This document shows positions 39,519-50,052 of a stretch of DNA of 64,000 nt, piece after piece (the first letter of the stretch is position 1; every line of letters starts with the position of its first letter). Source of the DNA: Candidatus Latescibacterota bacterium. GTDB taxonomy: Bacteria > Latescibacterota > UBA2968 > GCA-2709665. The stretch covers positions 224,001-288,000 of the forward strand of contig CAXXJS010000010.1 of assembly GCA_963662665.2 (NCBI GenBank), written 5' to 3'. The notes beneath the pieces were generated by a model that was not told where the DNA came from, made no database searches, and saw only the letters and a program-made list of their open reading frames with translations. A program made the position numbers and the translations under genes.

Positions 39519-40496
39519 TCAACTTTCGTTCTCGCCTTCTTTGATCCATTCCGGCTCCGTGAACAGGCTGCTGACCGACTCGCCAATGTGAATCCTGCGA
39601 ATGGCTTCCGCGAGCAGGGGCGCCACGGACAAAGTCGCCAGTTTGGTGTGTGACTGAATCCCCGCGGGCCGGGGGACGGTATCCGTTGTCACCACCTCCC
39701 GAACCTCGTCGAGCGCGCAGAAGCGCTCCATGGCGTTCCCCGTAAAAAGGCCGTGCGTGCATGCGATCGTGACGTCACTTACCCGCCGGTCCCGGAGGCG
39801 GTGGATAAGCTCTACGATGGTTCCGCCGGTGGCGATCTCATCGTCCAGTACGATGACGCTCTTGTCGTCCACGTCGCCCACGATCGCGTCGATCACCACC
39901 TTCGTGTCGGAGATGCGCCGTTTGCTTCCGGCGGCTACGGGCAGCCTCAGTATTCTGGCAAAATGGGCGGCCTCTTTCGCCCTGCCGAGGTCGGGCGATA
40001 CCACCACCGTATTCTCCAGATTCCGTCCCTGGAAGTGGCCGGCCAATATGTGCAGCGCGTTGAGGTGATCAACGGGCACGCTGAAGAAACCATGGACCTG
40101 CGCAGCGTGGAGCGTCATCGTGAGCACGCGGCTGGCGCCGGCGGTGTGGAGCAGGTCCGCGACCAGCCGGGCGGCGATGGAGATTCTGGGCGCGTCTTTC
40201 TTGTCCGACCGCGCATATCCGAAATAGGGGATAACGGCCGTCGTCCGTGCGGCCGATGCGCCCCGGGCCGCGTCGAGCATCTGCAACAGCTCCATGAGAT
40301 GATCGTGGACCGGCATCACCATGGGCTGGATGAGAAACACGTCGGCTTCCCGGCAGTTGGCTTCGAGCTGCACCTGGATGCATCCGTTGCTGAAACGATT
40401 GACCGTGCTGGAGCTGGGTTCAACCCCCAGGTGGCTGCAGATGTTTGCCGTCAGGCCCGGATGCGCGTTGCCGCCGAACATCACGATGTCACGCAT
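39519..40496 (-). CDS. prs: Ribose-phosphate pyrophosphokinase
   Basis: PYFGYARSDKK, LHA.Q.HGFF..PVD, VSPDLG, DDEIATGGT, CTHG. Confidence 0.95.
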   Translation of the reverse strand: MRDIVMFGGNAHPGLTANICSHLGVEPSSSTVNRFSNGCIQVQLEANCREADVFLIQPMVMPVHDHLMELLQMLDAARGASAARTTAVIPYFGYARSDKKDAPRISIAARLVADLLHTAGASRVLTMTLHAAQVHGFFSVPVDHLNALHILAGHFQGRNLENTVVVSPDLGRAKEAAHFARILRLPVAAGSKRRISDTKVVIDAIVGDVDDKSVIVLDDEIATGGTIVELIHRLRDRRVSDVTIACTHGLFTGNAMERFCALDEVREVVTTDTVPRPAGIQSHTKLATLSVAPLLAEAIRRIHIGESVSSLFTEPEWIKEGENES

Positions 40497-40550
40497 GGAT
40501 TGAACTCCTCATTCAGGCGTAACGTCCACCACGTCGGATATCTGAATTCA

Positions 40551-40743
40551 ACCTTGACTCGAAATTCTTCGGGGAAGTAAAACCGCATATCTGCAAGTAG
40601 ATAAAGACGATTTGACGGCTGATTACCAGGATACACCAGGTCACTGGACGTGAACTGAAAAAACGTCCTTTTGGACGACCGTTGCGCCCCGTTTCAGGGG
40701 TTTTCGTCCCGTCGCCGATTTGCTGTTTTCTTCGGATTGGGGT
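40551..40743 (-). mobile_element. MITE family 1, copy D (193 bp)
   Basis: ACCTTGACTCGAAATTCTTCGGGGAAG...TTCGGATTGGGGT. Confidence 0.9.
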
Positions 40744-40803
40744 CAACGATGAAGGGTTCGACGGCCGTGAACGCGGATTGAACACGTCAACATACGAGGC
40801 CCG

Positions 40804-41751
40804 TTAAGGTTGCCCGGCGATAGATGCGATCCGCATCGCGTCCAGTTCGGCGGCGCTGAAGAACCCTGCCTGGTAAAGATTGAGGTATTCCTGCGAAACA
40901 CTCTGTCCGAAGATCATCGGATCGTCCGTATTGACGGTTACTTCCACGCCGTGATCGAAGAGTATGCGAATGGGATGCGACGCCAGCGAGTCGGCGGCGC
41001 CCAACATTACGTTGCTGGACGGACAGACGTGGAGGCGGATCCGATTGTCCGACAACCATCGCATCACGTCGGTGGACTCAGCGGACGCGATGCCGTGTTG
41101 GATCTCGTCCAGCCCAAGCGCTTCCGCTGTCTTCCGCACCCGTTCAGCCCCGCCGAACTCACCCGCGTGCGCCTTCAACTTCATCCCGGCCGATCGCGCG
41201 TGTCCGTAAATAGGAATCAGGTCGTCGAGAGCGCATGCGTATTCGTCCCCGTACACGTCTATTGAGCGGAACACGCCCGATTCAATACCCTCGCGGGCGC
41301 GATGCGCCATTTCTCTGTCGCGGATGATCTCTCGCGGGATCCCGAGTTCCGGCCTGAGTTCGATCCGTTCCCGATGTCGTTCCGCCAGATTCCGGATGGC
41401 CGACGAGAACCCCTCGATGCCGGTTTCGAAATGGCTCGCAGACCGGACGTCGAAGCTCATCTCCAGAAGCCGGACGCCGTCTTCCATCGATTCTTCTACC
41501 GCCGCTCGCGCAATGAATTCGCACGCTTCCCGGGATCTGAGGTAGGGGTAAAGCGCTTTGCCCGCGTAGTCCTCCATCCCCTTAATGCCGCGCATCGGGA
41601 GTACCGGCCGGTCCAGCGCGTGCCCGAGCCATCGCTCCGCGTTCTCGATCCGCGTGCCGAAGTAATGGTGACGGTGGTATTCGGCCTTCGGCGCACGCTG
41701 CATGGATTGCAGATCTCCACTCTCGAGTGCTCGAGCGAAGGGTATGGTCAT
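40804..41751 (-). CDS. Adenosine/adenine deaminase family protein
   Basis: PKAEYHRH, HAGE, HGI, CPSSN, NTDDP. Confidence 0.9.
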   Translation of the reverse strand: MTIPFARALESGDLQSMQRAPKAEYHRHHYFGTRIENAERWLGHALDRPVLPMRGIKGMEDYAGKALYPYLRSREACEFIARAAVEESMEDGVRLLEMSFDVRSASHFETGIEGFSSAIRNLAERHRERIELRPELGIPREIIRDREMAHRAREGIESGVFRSIDVYGDEYACALDDLIPIYGHARSAGMKLKAHAGEFGGAERVRKTAEALGLDEIQHGIASAESTDVMRWLSDNRIRLHVCPSSNVMLGAADSLASHPIRILFDHGVEVTVNTDDPMIFGQSVSQEYLNLYQAGFFSAAELDAMRIASIAGQP

Positions 41752-41853
41752 TGCCGCCTTTCGTCATGCCGGTATGCGGACGCCGCACGTTGTCCACAGG
41801 TCGTGCGTGCGGTCCATCTAAGGCAATGACTACACGCACGAAGGCATGAAATT

Positions 41854-41927
41854 TGGCTGCCCCCCAGGGATTCGAACCCCGATACTACGGTCCAGAGCCG
41901 CATGTCTTGCCATTAGACGAGGGGGCA
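41854..41927 (-). tRNA. tRNA-Gln (CTG)
   Basis: TGCCCCC acceptor stem, CT-CTG-GA anticodon loop, GTTCGAATC T-loop, encoded CCA. Confidence 0.95.
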
Positions 41928-41954
41928 GCCATAACTGTTGCGCGTATCGACAGC

Positions 41955-43394
41955 TTATTGGGTGACGGTCTCCTTTCGTCCCAGCCTTTCAAGGCCCGTC
42001 TTCATTCGCCGGATGCAGGTCTCACGACCCAGAACGGCCATCATTTCGAACAACCCCGGACCCATGTTCGTTCCGCTGAGTACGAGGCGCGTGGGGTGGA
42101 TCAGTTTGCCGGCAGAGATGCCCAGTTGCCCCGAGAGCGTCCTTGTGGCGCCTTCGATTGACCGCTCGTCGAATGCAGTCAGCGCCTCCAGCCTCTCAAT
42201 CAGTGTCTCCAGCCGGGAGGGGCTGTCGACCTTCCAGTGTTTCTTCCGGGCTTTTTCGTCGTAAGCTTCGGGATCGTTGAAAAAGTATTCAAAATTCAGA
42301 AATTCCCGTACGGTCTGAATGCGCGGCTGCATCAGTTCCACCGCCCCAGGCAGGCTCTCGCGTCTGCCTTCCGCATCGTCCGCCGTTATCCATCCCGCGT
42401 CAATCCACAGACTCAGCGCCGCCCGCAGGAGTTCGGAAACCGGCTTCAACCTCAGGTGTTCGCCGTTCAGCCACACCAGCTTCCGCTCGTCGAACACCGC
42501 GTTTTTCCTGAGCATTCCTTCAACGGTAAACGCCTCAACCAATTCATCCTTTGTGAAAACCTCCCGGTCGTCCCCTGGAGACCAGCCCTGAAGCGCCAGA
42601 AAGTTGAACAACGCTTCGGGCAGGATGCCCTGCTGCCGGTATTCAGTGACGGTTGTCGCGCCAAGGCGCTTGCTCAGCTTTCTCCCATCCGGCCCCATCA
42701 GCAGCGTTGTGTGTGCGTATGCCGGGACGGTCCATCCAAGCGCATGAAAGAGCATCACCTGCTTGGGCGCATTGGAGAGGTGTTCCGCTCCCCGGATCAC
42801 CAGCGTCACGCCCAGATCGTGGTCGTCAACAACCACCGCCAGGTGGTAGATGGGCGATCCGTCCGCACGCAGAATGATGAAGTCCTCAACCTCGCGGTTG
42901 TCCCATCGCTGCGTGCCCCTGACGGGATCCTGCCAGATCGTCTCGCCTTCCGGAACCCGGAAGCGAACCGTCTTCGGCCGGCCCTCGGCTTCAAGAGCCG
43001 CACATTGTTGTGGTGTGATGTCCCGGTTATACCTGACACGACGCCCCTCAGCCTGCGCCCGCTGCTGCAGGGCTCGCACTTCCTCCGGGGTTTCGTAGGC
43101 GTAGTACGCGTGCCCGGACTCCGCAAGCCGGTCTACCGCCTCCCGGTGCGCCCGCGCGTTGCGGGATTGAATAATCGCCTCGCCGTCGAACGCGATACCC
43201 AGCCATTCCAGGCTTTCAAGGATCGTGTTCAGTGAGGCTTCGGTAGACCGTTCCCGGTCTGTATCCTCAACACGGAGATGCAGCCGGCCGCCATAGCGCC
43301 GCACATACAGATAGTTGAACAGCGCCGTTCGGGCGTTCCCTACGTGGAACCCGCCCGTGGGCGAAGGTGCGAATCGTAATACCGTTTCGGACAT
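41955..43394 (-). CDS. gltX: Glutamate--tRNA ligase
   Basis: RFAPSPTG..HVGNARTALFN, VVDDH, IRG.EH..N, KLSKR. Confidence 0.96.
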   Translation of the reverse strand: MSETVLRFAPSPTGGFHVGNARTALFNYLYVRRYGGRLHLRVEDTDRERSTEASLNTILESLEWLGIAFDGEAIIQSRNARAHREAVDRLAESGHAYYAYETPEEVRALQQRAQAEGRRVRYNRDITPQQCAALEAEGRPKTVRFRVPEGETIWQDPVRGTQRWDNREVEDFIILRADGSPIYHLAVVVDDHDLGVTLVIRGAEHLSNAPKQVMLFHALGWTVPAYAHTTLLMGPDGRKLSKRLGATTVTEYRQQGILPEALFNFLALQGWSPGDDREVFTKDELVEAFTVEGMLRKNAVFDERKLVWLNGEHLRLKPVSELLRAALSLWIDAGWITADDAEGRRESLPGAVELMQPRIQTVREFLNFEYFFNDPEAYDEKARKKHWKVDSPSRLETLIERLEALTAFDERSIEGATRTLSGQLGISAGKLIHPTRLVLSGTNMGPGLFEMMAVLGRETCIRRMKTGLERLGRKETVTQ

Positions 43395-43657
43395 TGAGAG
43401 TCAGTTGGAAGCGAGTCACGCAGGACGCAAGTAGCTAACAGCGATATCGGCGCCGCAATGTCATACTCAATCGCGACTCGCAATTCGCCCGCGTGTGGGC
43501 GTTGACTAAGCAGCGATCAGCATTCAGTGGACTGCAATAGCGGAATGACACAAAAGGCCGGAAGCAATATAGCAGGAGACATAAAAAAAACGACCGGGGC
43601 GATGGGTGTGGTATTCTTCCGTCTTACTTCTTCCTTCTCACCGCCTCTTTGTTTTTT

Positions 43658-43750
<93 letters not shown>

Positions 43751-43774
43751 GAATTGTAAGTTCAAAGGAAGTTA

Positions 43775-43803
43775 ATACTACCAAAACGGGCCTCTGAAAT
43801 CAA
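43775..43803 (-). promoter_or_regulatory. Sigma70 promoter upstream of tRNA-Ser(GCT) and gltX
   Basis: Minus strand TTGATT-N17-TAGTAT. Confidence 0.5.
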
Positions 43804-43910
43804 GGAAAACCTGAAGGATTCAGGCCGGACGCGCCGGCACGCGGAAATGCCGCCGCCTCACGTTCCCAACAGCTTTGCCGAGAGACAGCCCTCGGGTCAT
43901 CCGGGGTTTC

Positions 43911-43999
43911 TGGCGGTGGGGGTGGGATTCGAACCCACGGATCCGGTTAGGATCAACGGTTTTCAAGACCGCCACGTTCGACCACTCCGTCACCCCACC
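43911..43999 (-). tRNA. tRNA-Ser (TGA)
   Basis: GGTGGGG acceptor stem, CT-TGA-AA loop, long variable arm, GTTCGAATC, CCA. Confidence 0.95.
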
Positions 44000-44305
44000 G
44001 TCACGATGGACCCTGGCTTGAAACCAGCGGCGATCCTGCGGAAAAATAACAGGAAACGGGTCCTTCCTGTCAAGACTTTTGTCTCTCGAAACGGCTGATC
44101 GCGTCCCTCGGAACGTCGCCGGTTTTGGCGTTACGGATCGTCTCTTTCCGCCGGTTTCAAAGGGACAAAATTGGGGTTGCGCCGCCCCGGAGATTCCTGT
44201 ATTATTAGGCAAGTTTGAGGCGTTCTCGGGCGGTCCGGATTCTGCCGGCGTTTCAGCCGCACGAAGACCGCTGGGGGTTTTCAGACAGCATCCAACGGAG
44301 GCCCG

Positions 44306-45913
44306 GTGCCCCAGGTCCATGCCAGGCTCGTAACCGGCGCGCAGATGGCACGTATCGACAGCGGAGCCATCCAGCGCGGGGTGTCCGGCATCCAACTGAT
44401 GGAACGTGCGGGACGTGGCGCCGCCAGGGTGCTGGCAGATCTTGTTGGCGGCTTCCCGGGCAAACGGATCGTTGTCCTCTGCGGCAAAGGCAACAACGGA
44501 GGCGACGGGTTTGTTATTGCCGATCTCGCCGCATCCGCGGGCGCTTCGGTTTCGGCATTTTTACTTGCAACGGAAGCGCAGGTAAAGGGCGACGCCCGCC
44601 ACCACCTGGAACGCGCCCGGGGAAACGGCCTCGATTTTGAACAGATCCGGGATTTCAATGGCCTGGGTCGGATCAGCAGCGCGCTTTCCGGCGCATCCGC
44701 CGCGGTAGACGCCCTCCTCGGAACCGGAATTCGGGGTGGCCCACGGGGGCTTGTCGCCGGCGCAATCGAATCGCTTCAGGACGCTGATTGTCCCATCCTG
44801 GCCGTAGACGTCCCGTCAGGCCTGGATGCCGACAGCGGGCGCGCGGAAGGGCCCTGCGCGGCTGCGACACGCACGGTGACTTTCGGACTGCCTAAAGCCG
44901 GGCAGTTTCGCTATCCGGGCCGGGCTCTCTGTGGAACACTGATTTGTGCGGACATCGGTCTGCCGCCGGCAGCCGTCGACGCTGAAAACGTCAACGTCCA
45001 ACTCATTGCAGCACATGGGGTCGGGCCGCTTCTGCCCCGAAGACCGCCTGATGCCCACAAGGGAGATTGCGGTCGGGTGGTCATCCTCGCCGGCTCTACG
45101 GGTTTCACGGGCGCGGCGGCGCTTTGCGCGCATGGCGCACTCAGATCAGGAGCCGGTCTGGTCCAGGTCGGCGTGCCGGAGAGCCTGAACGATATTCTGG
45201 AGGTCAAGCTCACCGAAGCGATGACCCATCCGCTTCCCGAGGTCCGGAAACCCCGCTGCCTCGCCCTTCGCGCCCGCGGTGACATTCAGAGACTGGTTGC
45301 AACGGCGGACTGTGTCGCGCTGGGGCCGGGCCTGGGCATGTATAGGGAAACGGTTCAACTGGTCCGACGGATCGTTCACGATATTCAAGCGCCTCTGGTT
45401 CTGGACGCCGACGGCATCAACGCCCTCGCCGGAGCGCCGGACAACCTGAAAACGCGGGCCGCGCCAACCGTAATTACGCCGCACCCGGGGGAGTTCGCCC
45501 GTCTCACCGGTCTCGACGTCGCGGCCGTTCGGTCAGACCCCATCGGTTCGGCGCAGACGCTCGCCCGCTCGGCCGACGTCATCGTGATCCTTAAGGGTGC
45601 TCCAACTGTTGTGGCCGTACCAGGCGGCCGCACGTACGTCAATCCCAGCGGAAATGCCGGCATGGCCTCGGGCGGTTCCGGAGACGTTCTCACCGGAATC
45701 CTCGCGGCTCTGATCGGGCAGGGGATGGACCCGGAAACGGCGGCCTGTCTGGGTGTCTACGTGCACGGTCTCGCCGGAGACCTGTGCGCGGAACACATGT
45801 GTGAGGCCGGACTGACTGCCGGCGACGTCGCGTCGGCGCTCCCGCGTGCGCGTCGCGCGATCGAAACAGGCGCCGATAAGGATCGGTACATCCGATTTCA
45901 TACGTTAAATTGA
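44306..45913 (+). CDS. nnr: Bifunctional NAD(P)H-hydrate epimerase/dehydratase
   Basis: LMERAG, GKGNNGGDG, DALLGTG, DVPSG, HKGD.G, TPHPGEF.RL, GGSGDVL.G. Confidence 0.95.
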   Translation: MPQVHARLVTGAQMARIDSGAIQRGVSGIQLMERAGRGAARVLADLVGGFPGKRIVVLCGKGNNGGDGFVIADLAASAGASVSAFLLATEAQVKGDARHHLERARGNGLDFEQIRDFNGLGRISSALSGASAAVDALLGTGIRGGPRGLVAGAIESLQDADCPILAVDVPSGLDADSGRAEGPCAAATRTVTFGLPKAGQFRYPGRALCGTLICADIGLPPAAVDAENVNVQLIAAHGVGPLLPRRPPDAHKGDCGRVVILAGSTGFTGAAALCAHGALRSGAGLVQVGVPESLNDILEVKLTEAMTHPLPEVRKPRCLALRARGDIQRLVATADCVALGPGLGMYRETVQLVRRIVHDIQAPLVLDADGINALAGAPDNLKTRAAPTVITPHPGEFARLTGLDVAAVRSDPIGSAQTLARSADVIVILKGAPTVVAVPGGRTYVNPSGNAGMASGGSGDVLTGILAALIGQGMDPETAACLGVYVHGLAGDLCAEHMCEAGLTAGDVASALPRARRAIETGADKDRYIRFHTLN

Positions 45914-46452
45914 GAATCCGACCCATGCCGGATATTCGCGAGAGCATCGACGAAATGATTGAAGAGTCCTATCTCGTCGGTCTCACGGAGGGTGAGATCA
46001 AAGCGGATATGGAACGCTTCGTGAGCATCTGCGGCAGGGTGATCCGCGAGAACGTCCACGACAAGAAGCAAACCCGCAGACTGACCGAACAGCTGGCCAG
46101 CGCCAGGGCGCTCAGCCTGGTTGAAGACGTTTCCGGATCCGGGGACGATTCGGATCTTCTCGTCCCCGACGCTGGCTCGCGCACGTCTCCCGGGGGTCGG
46201 TACGCCGAACGGGCGGCCCGCAACAAACGCCTTATACTGCGTGTCATTAGAGAATGCGATCCGAAACTGGAGCAACTCATTGAACAGGAGCGGTTTTCGG
46301 GGTCGCTCGCGCAACCGGCCGCCCCGGCGCTACCCATCAGCGGCAACGCACCCCGGAACAGGGTAAGGGATCTCGTCCTGAAAACCTGTTTTGCCGTCAC
46401 ACTGCTCTTCATCCTCCTGCTGGTCTACCTGGTTCTGCTGCAAAATGTCTGA
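45910..46452 (+). CDS. Hypothetical protein with C-terminal TM helix
   Basis: 180-aa ORF overlapping the nnr stop; hydrophobic C-terminus; start may be ATG 45925. Confidence 0.6.
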   Translation: MRIRPMPDIRESIDEMIEESYLVGLTEGEIKADMERFVSICGRVIRENVHDKKQTRRLTEQLASARALSLVEDVSGSGDDSDLLVPDAGSRTSPGGRYAERAARNKRLILRVIRECDPKLEQLIEQERFSGSLAQPAAPALPISGNAPRNRVRDLVLKTCFAVTLLFILLLVYLVLLQNV

Positions 46453-46457
46453 ACCTT

Positions 46458-46611
46458 GTGTCCTGTTCCGGAAATACCTCACGATCCGTCCGCCGATTCA
46501 TCCCGTCTCGCGCCGTTGCCTTCGCTCGTCGACCTTGCGCAGGTCGGAGGCGCCTGCGAGCCGGGCGACGCGACGGCCGAACGTCGGCGACTTATTTCCG
46601 GATCGGAACAC
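46458..46611 (+). mobile_element. MITE family 2, copy 3
   Basis: GTGTCCTGTTCCGGAAATA...TATTTCCGGATCGGAACAC; shared core GCCGATTCATCCCGTCT. Confidence 0.82.
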
Positions 46612-46744
46612 CGGACAACCATACGGTTCCACGCCGCCTGCGAGTATCCTTTTTATCAAGGACAGCCGCAGGTTTTTTTCTGAAGACCCTGTCCGACCAT
46701 CGATGACCATATCCATTTTATAGACGGAGACGTTTCCTGCAATC

Positions 46745-48187
46745 ATGCCCAGACGTAACGACATTCGAAAAATCATGCTCATCGGATCCGGACCGATCGT
46801 GATCGGCCAGGCCTGTGAGTTCGACTACTCCGGCGTGCAGGCGTGCAAGGCCCTCAAGGAAGAGGGATATGCGGTTGTCCTGTTGAACAGCAATCCGGCG
46901 ACGATTATGACCGATCCGGAAATGGCGGACCGGACCTACGTGGAACCGGTTACGCCGGAAGTGTGCGCCGCCATTGTTGAACGGGAGCGTCCCGACGCGC
47001 TTCTTCCCACACTTGGCGGACAGACCGGTTTGAACGTGGCCATGGATCTCTACAACAGCGGAGTTCTCGCGAAATTCAACGTGGAGATGATCGGCGCAAA
47101 GGCCGAAGCCATCGAAAAGGCCGAAAACAGGGAACGCTTTCAGGCGGCGATGGCCGCGATCGGCGTCGAATTCCCCAGGGGGAGATTTGCACACAGCCCG
47201 GAAGAAGCCCGGGACGTGATTGCCGAAATAGGATATCCCGCCATCATACGTCCGTCTTACACGCTGGGCGGATCCGGCGGGGGCACCGCCTACAACGCGG
47301 AGGAATACGAACACCTCGCGGTTCGGGGGTTGGAACTCTCGCCTTCCACCGAAATCCTGGTCGAAGAGTCCATCATCGGGTGGAAAGAGTTCGAACTGGA
47401 AGTCATGCGTGATCTGAACGACAACGTGGTCATTATCTGTTCCATCGAAAACTTCGATCCCATGGGCGTACATACCGGCGACTCCATTACGGTGGCGCCG
47501 GCGCAGACCCTTTCAGACAAAGAGTACCAGGCCATGAGGGACGCTTCCATCGCCGTCATCAGGGAGATCGGCGTGGAGACGGGCGGATCAAACATTCAGT
47601 TCGCGCTGAATCCGCATGACGGGCGCATCGTCATCATCGAGATGAACCCCCGGGTATCCCGGAGTTCCGCCCTGGCCTCGAAAGCCACAGGATTCCCTAT
47701 CGCTAAAATCGCCGCCAAACTCGCGGTCGGATACACGCTGGATGAAATCCGGAACGACATCACCCGGGAAACGCCCGCCTCGTTCGAACCGACGATCGAC
47801 TACTGCGTGGTCAAGATTCCGCGGTGGACGTTTGAAAAATTCCCACAGACAGAAGACCTTCTGGGCACCGAGATGAAGTCCGTAGGCGAAACCATGGCCA
47901 TCGGGCGGACGTTCAAGGAGGCATTTCAGAAGGGACTGCGTTCCCTCGAAATCGGACGCGCCGGTTTCGGGGCCGACGGGAAAGATCTGGACGTTACGGA
48001 CCGCGCCGTTATGGAACACCGGCTGCGGGTGCCCAATTCACAACGGGTCTTTTATCTGAAGGCCGCGCTGGACGCAGATTGGTCCATTTCGGAACTCTAC
48101 GATCTCACGGGAATCGACCCCTGGTTCCTGGAGAACCTGAGACAGATCACCGAATTCGAAAAAGAACTCGCGCGCCTGATCGCGTGA
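46745..48187 (+). CDS. carB: Carbamoyl-phosphate synthase large chain, N-terminal part
   Basis: [45 protein letters not shown]; stops after IDPWFL...ELARLIA. Confidence 0.93.
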   Translation: MPRRNDIRKIMLIGSGPIVIGQACEFDYSGVQACKALKEEGYAVVLLNSNPATIMTDPEMADRTYVEPVTPEVCAAIVERERPDALLPTLGGQTGLNVAMDLYNSGVLAKFNVEMIGAKAEAIEKAENRERFQAAMAAIGVEFPRGRFAHSPEEARDVIAEIGYPAIIRPSYTLGGSGGGTAYNAEEYEHLAVRGLELSPSTEILVEESIIGWKEFELEVMRDLNDNVVIICSIENFDPMGVHTGDSITVAPAQTLSDKEYQAMRDASIAVIREIGVETGGSNIQFALNPHDGRIVIIEMNPRVSRSSALASKATGFPIAKIAAKLAVGYTLDEIRNDITRETPASFEPTIDYCVVKIPRWTFEKFPQTEDLLGTEMKSVGETMAIGRTFKEAFQKGLRSLEIGRAGFGADGKDLDVTDRAVMEHRLRVPNSQRVFYLKAALDADWSISELYDLTGIDPWFLENLRQITEFEKELARLIA

Positions 48188-50052
48188 TTTCCATCGTCCT
48201 GACGAACCCGGTAGCCACTATGCGCAATAAACAACGCACCCTCGAAGACCTGCGCGCCCGTATCGGCCGTGTCGACCTCATCAAGGCCAAACGATACGGC
48301 TTCAGCGACCGGCAGCTTGCCCACCTGTGGAAAACCAGTGAATGGACCGTCCGGGCCCTCAGAAAAGAACTGAATATTCAGGCGGTCTACAAAACCATCG
48401 ATACGTGCGCCGCGGAGTTCGAAGCGTATACACCGTACCACTTTTCGACTTACGAAGACGAAAACGAGGCCGTCCGCTCGGATCGGCCCAAGATCATGAT
48501 TCTGGGCGGCGGACCCAACCGCATCGGGCAGGGCATCGAGTTCGACTACTGCTGCGTACACGCGGCGTTCGCCCTCAAGGAAGACGGTTTTGAGACCATT
48601 ATGGTCAATTCCAATCCGGAAACCGTCAGCACCGACTACGACACGTCCGACAAACTCTATTTCGAGCCGCTAACCGCCGAAGACGTCCTCAACATCGCGC
48701 ATCTGGAACAGCCTGAAGGCGTCATCGTGCAGCTTGGCGGGCAGACCCCCTTGAATCTCGCACGGGACCTGGAGCGCGGCGGCGTCCGCATCTTCGGGAC
48801 GTCTCCTGACAGCATCGATCTGGCCGAAGACCGCAAACGCTTCGGCGCGCTGATCAGCCGACTCGGTATTTCCCAGCCCGATAACGGAACTGCTACAAGC
48901 GTTGACGAGGCCGTGGCGGTCGCCGACGCCATCGGATATCCGGTGCTTGTCCGGCCTTCGTACGTCCTCGGCGGACGAGCCATGGTAATTGTCTACGAAC
49001 GGAATGCGCTACTCAGCTATATGGAGAAGGCGATGCAGGCCTCGCCCGAGCATCCGGTCCTGATCGATCGGTTTCTGGAAGATGCGCACGAGTTCGACGT
49101 GGACGCCGTCGCGGACGATACCACGGTGGTGATTGGCGGCATCATGCAGCATATCGAAAGTGCCGGCGTGCATTCGGGCGACAGCGCCTGCGTGCTGCCG
49201 CCCTACGACATCTCCCCGGAACACCTTGATGAACTCCGTTCCCATACCCATGCGCTAGCCGGCGCCCTGAACGTCGTGGGGTTGATGAACGTGCAATTCG
49301 CCCTCCAGGGCAATCGAGTCTACATTCTCGAAGTCAATCCTCGGGCCAGCCGCACGGTGCCATTCGTCTCAAAGACCATTGGCGTCCCCCTGGCCAAGGT
49401 GGCGGCGCGGGCCATGGTAGGTCGATCGTTGATGGAACAGGGGCTTACAGGGGAAGTCTCCTTCGATCACATCGCGGTCAAGGAGGCGGTTTTACCATTC
49501 GCCAAGTTCCCGGGCGTGGATACCCTGCTGGGGCCCGAAATGAAGTCCACGGGCGAAGTGATGGGCATCGACACGGACTTCGGATTGAGCTTCCATAAAG
49601 CGCAACTCGGCGCCGGCGTCCGGTTGCCCACTTCCGGTGCTGTTTTCATCTCGGTAAACGACCGGGACAAAGACGCCGTGATTCCTGTTGCCCGGCGTCT
49701 TTCGGAACTCGGTTTTCGGATCGTTGCGACCCGCGGCACCCACGCGCGGCTCAAGGCGCACGGCATTCTCGCCGAGTCCATCCTCAAAATCCAGCAGGGA
49801 CGCCCCAATATTCTGGACGCCATAAAAAACAGGACGATCGTCCTGATGGTCAACACCCCGGCCGGGGAAGCAGCGCAAGCGGACGATCACAAGATTCGCC
49901 AGGCGACGCTGCAATACGGCATTCCCTATACCACCACGCTGGCCGGAGCTTTGGCGGCCGTGTCCGGCATTGAATCCCTGAAGAGAAACGGCGGGATCCG
50001 GATTTGTTCTCTCCAGGAATTCCACGGGAAGAAGGTGCCCGATAAATCATGA
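48184..50052 (+). CDS. carB: Carbamoyl-phosphate synthase large chain, C-terminal part (different frame)
   Basis: [45 protein letters not shown] domain; GTG 48184 overlaps the upstream TGA; alternative ATG at 48220. Confidence 0.88.
   Translation: MISIVLTNPVATMRNKQRTLEDLRARIGRVDLIKAKRYGFSDRQLAHLWKTSEWTVRALRKELNIQAVYKTIDTCAAEFEAYTPYHFSTYEDENEAVRSDRPKIMILGGGPNRIGQGIEFDYCCVHAAFALKEDGFETIMVNSNPETVSTDYDTSDKLYFEPLTAEDVLNIAHLEQPEGVIVQLGGQTPLNLARDLERGGVRIFGTSPDSIDLAEDRKRFGALISRLGISQPDNGTATSVDEAVAVADAIGYPVLVRPSYVLGGRAMVIVYERNALLSYMEKAMQASPEHPVLIDRFLEDAHEFDVDAVADDTTVVIGGIMQHIESAGVHSGDSACVLPPYDISPEHLDELRSHTHALAGALNVVGLMNVQFALQGNRVYILEVNPRASRTVPFVSKTIGVPLAKVAARAMVGRSLMEQGLTGEVSFDHIAVKEAVLPFAKFPGVDTLLGPEMKSTGEVMGIDTDFGLSFHKAQLGAGVRLPTSGAVFISVNDRDKDAVIPVARRLSELGFRIVATRGTHARLKAHGILAESILKIQQGRPNILDAIKNRTIVLMVNTPAGEAAQADDHKIRQATLQYGIPYTTTLAGALAAVSGIESLKRNGGIRICSLQEFHGKKVPDKS

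Noticed and set aside
43911-43999. Long-variable-arm tRNA considered as tRNA-Sec given the selenoprotein
   Set aside because: Anticodon is TGA (Ser), not TCA, and the acceptor stem is the normal 7 bp
48185-48187. TGA ending carB part 1 considered as selenocysteine or readthrough
   Set aside because: The same frame hits another TGA four codons later and CarB homology continues in a different frame
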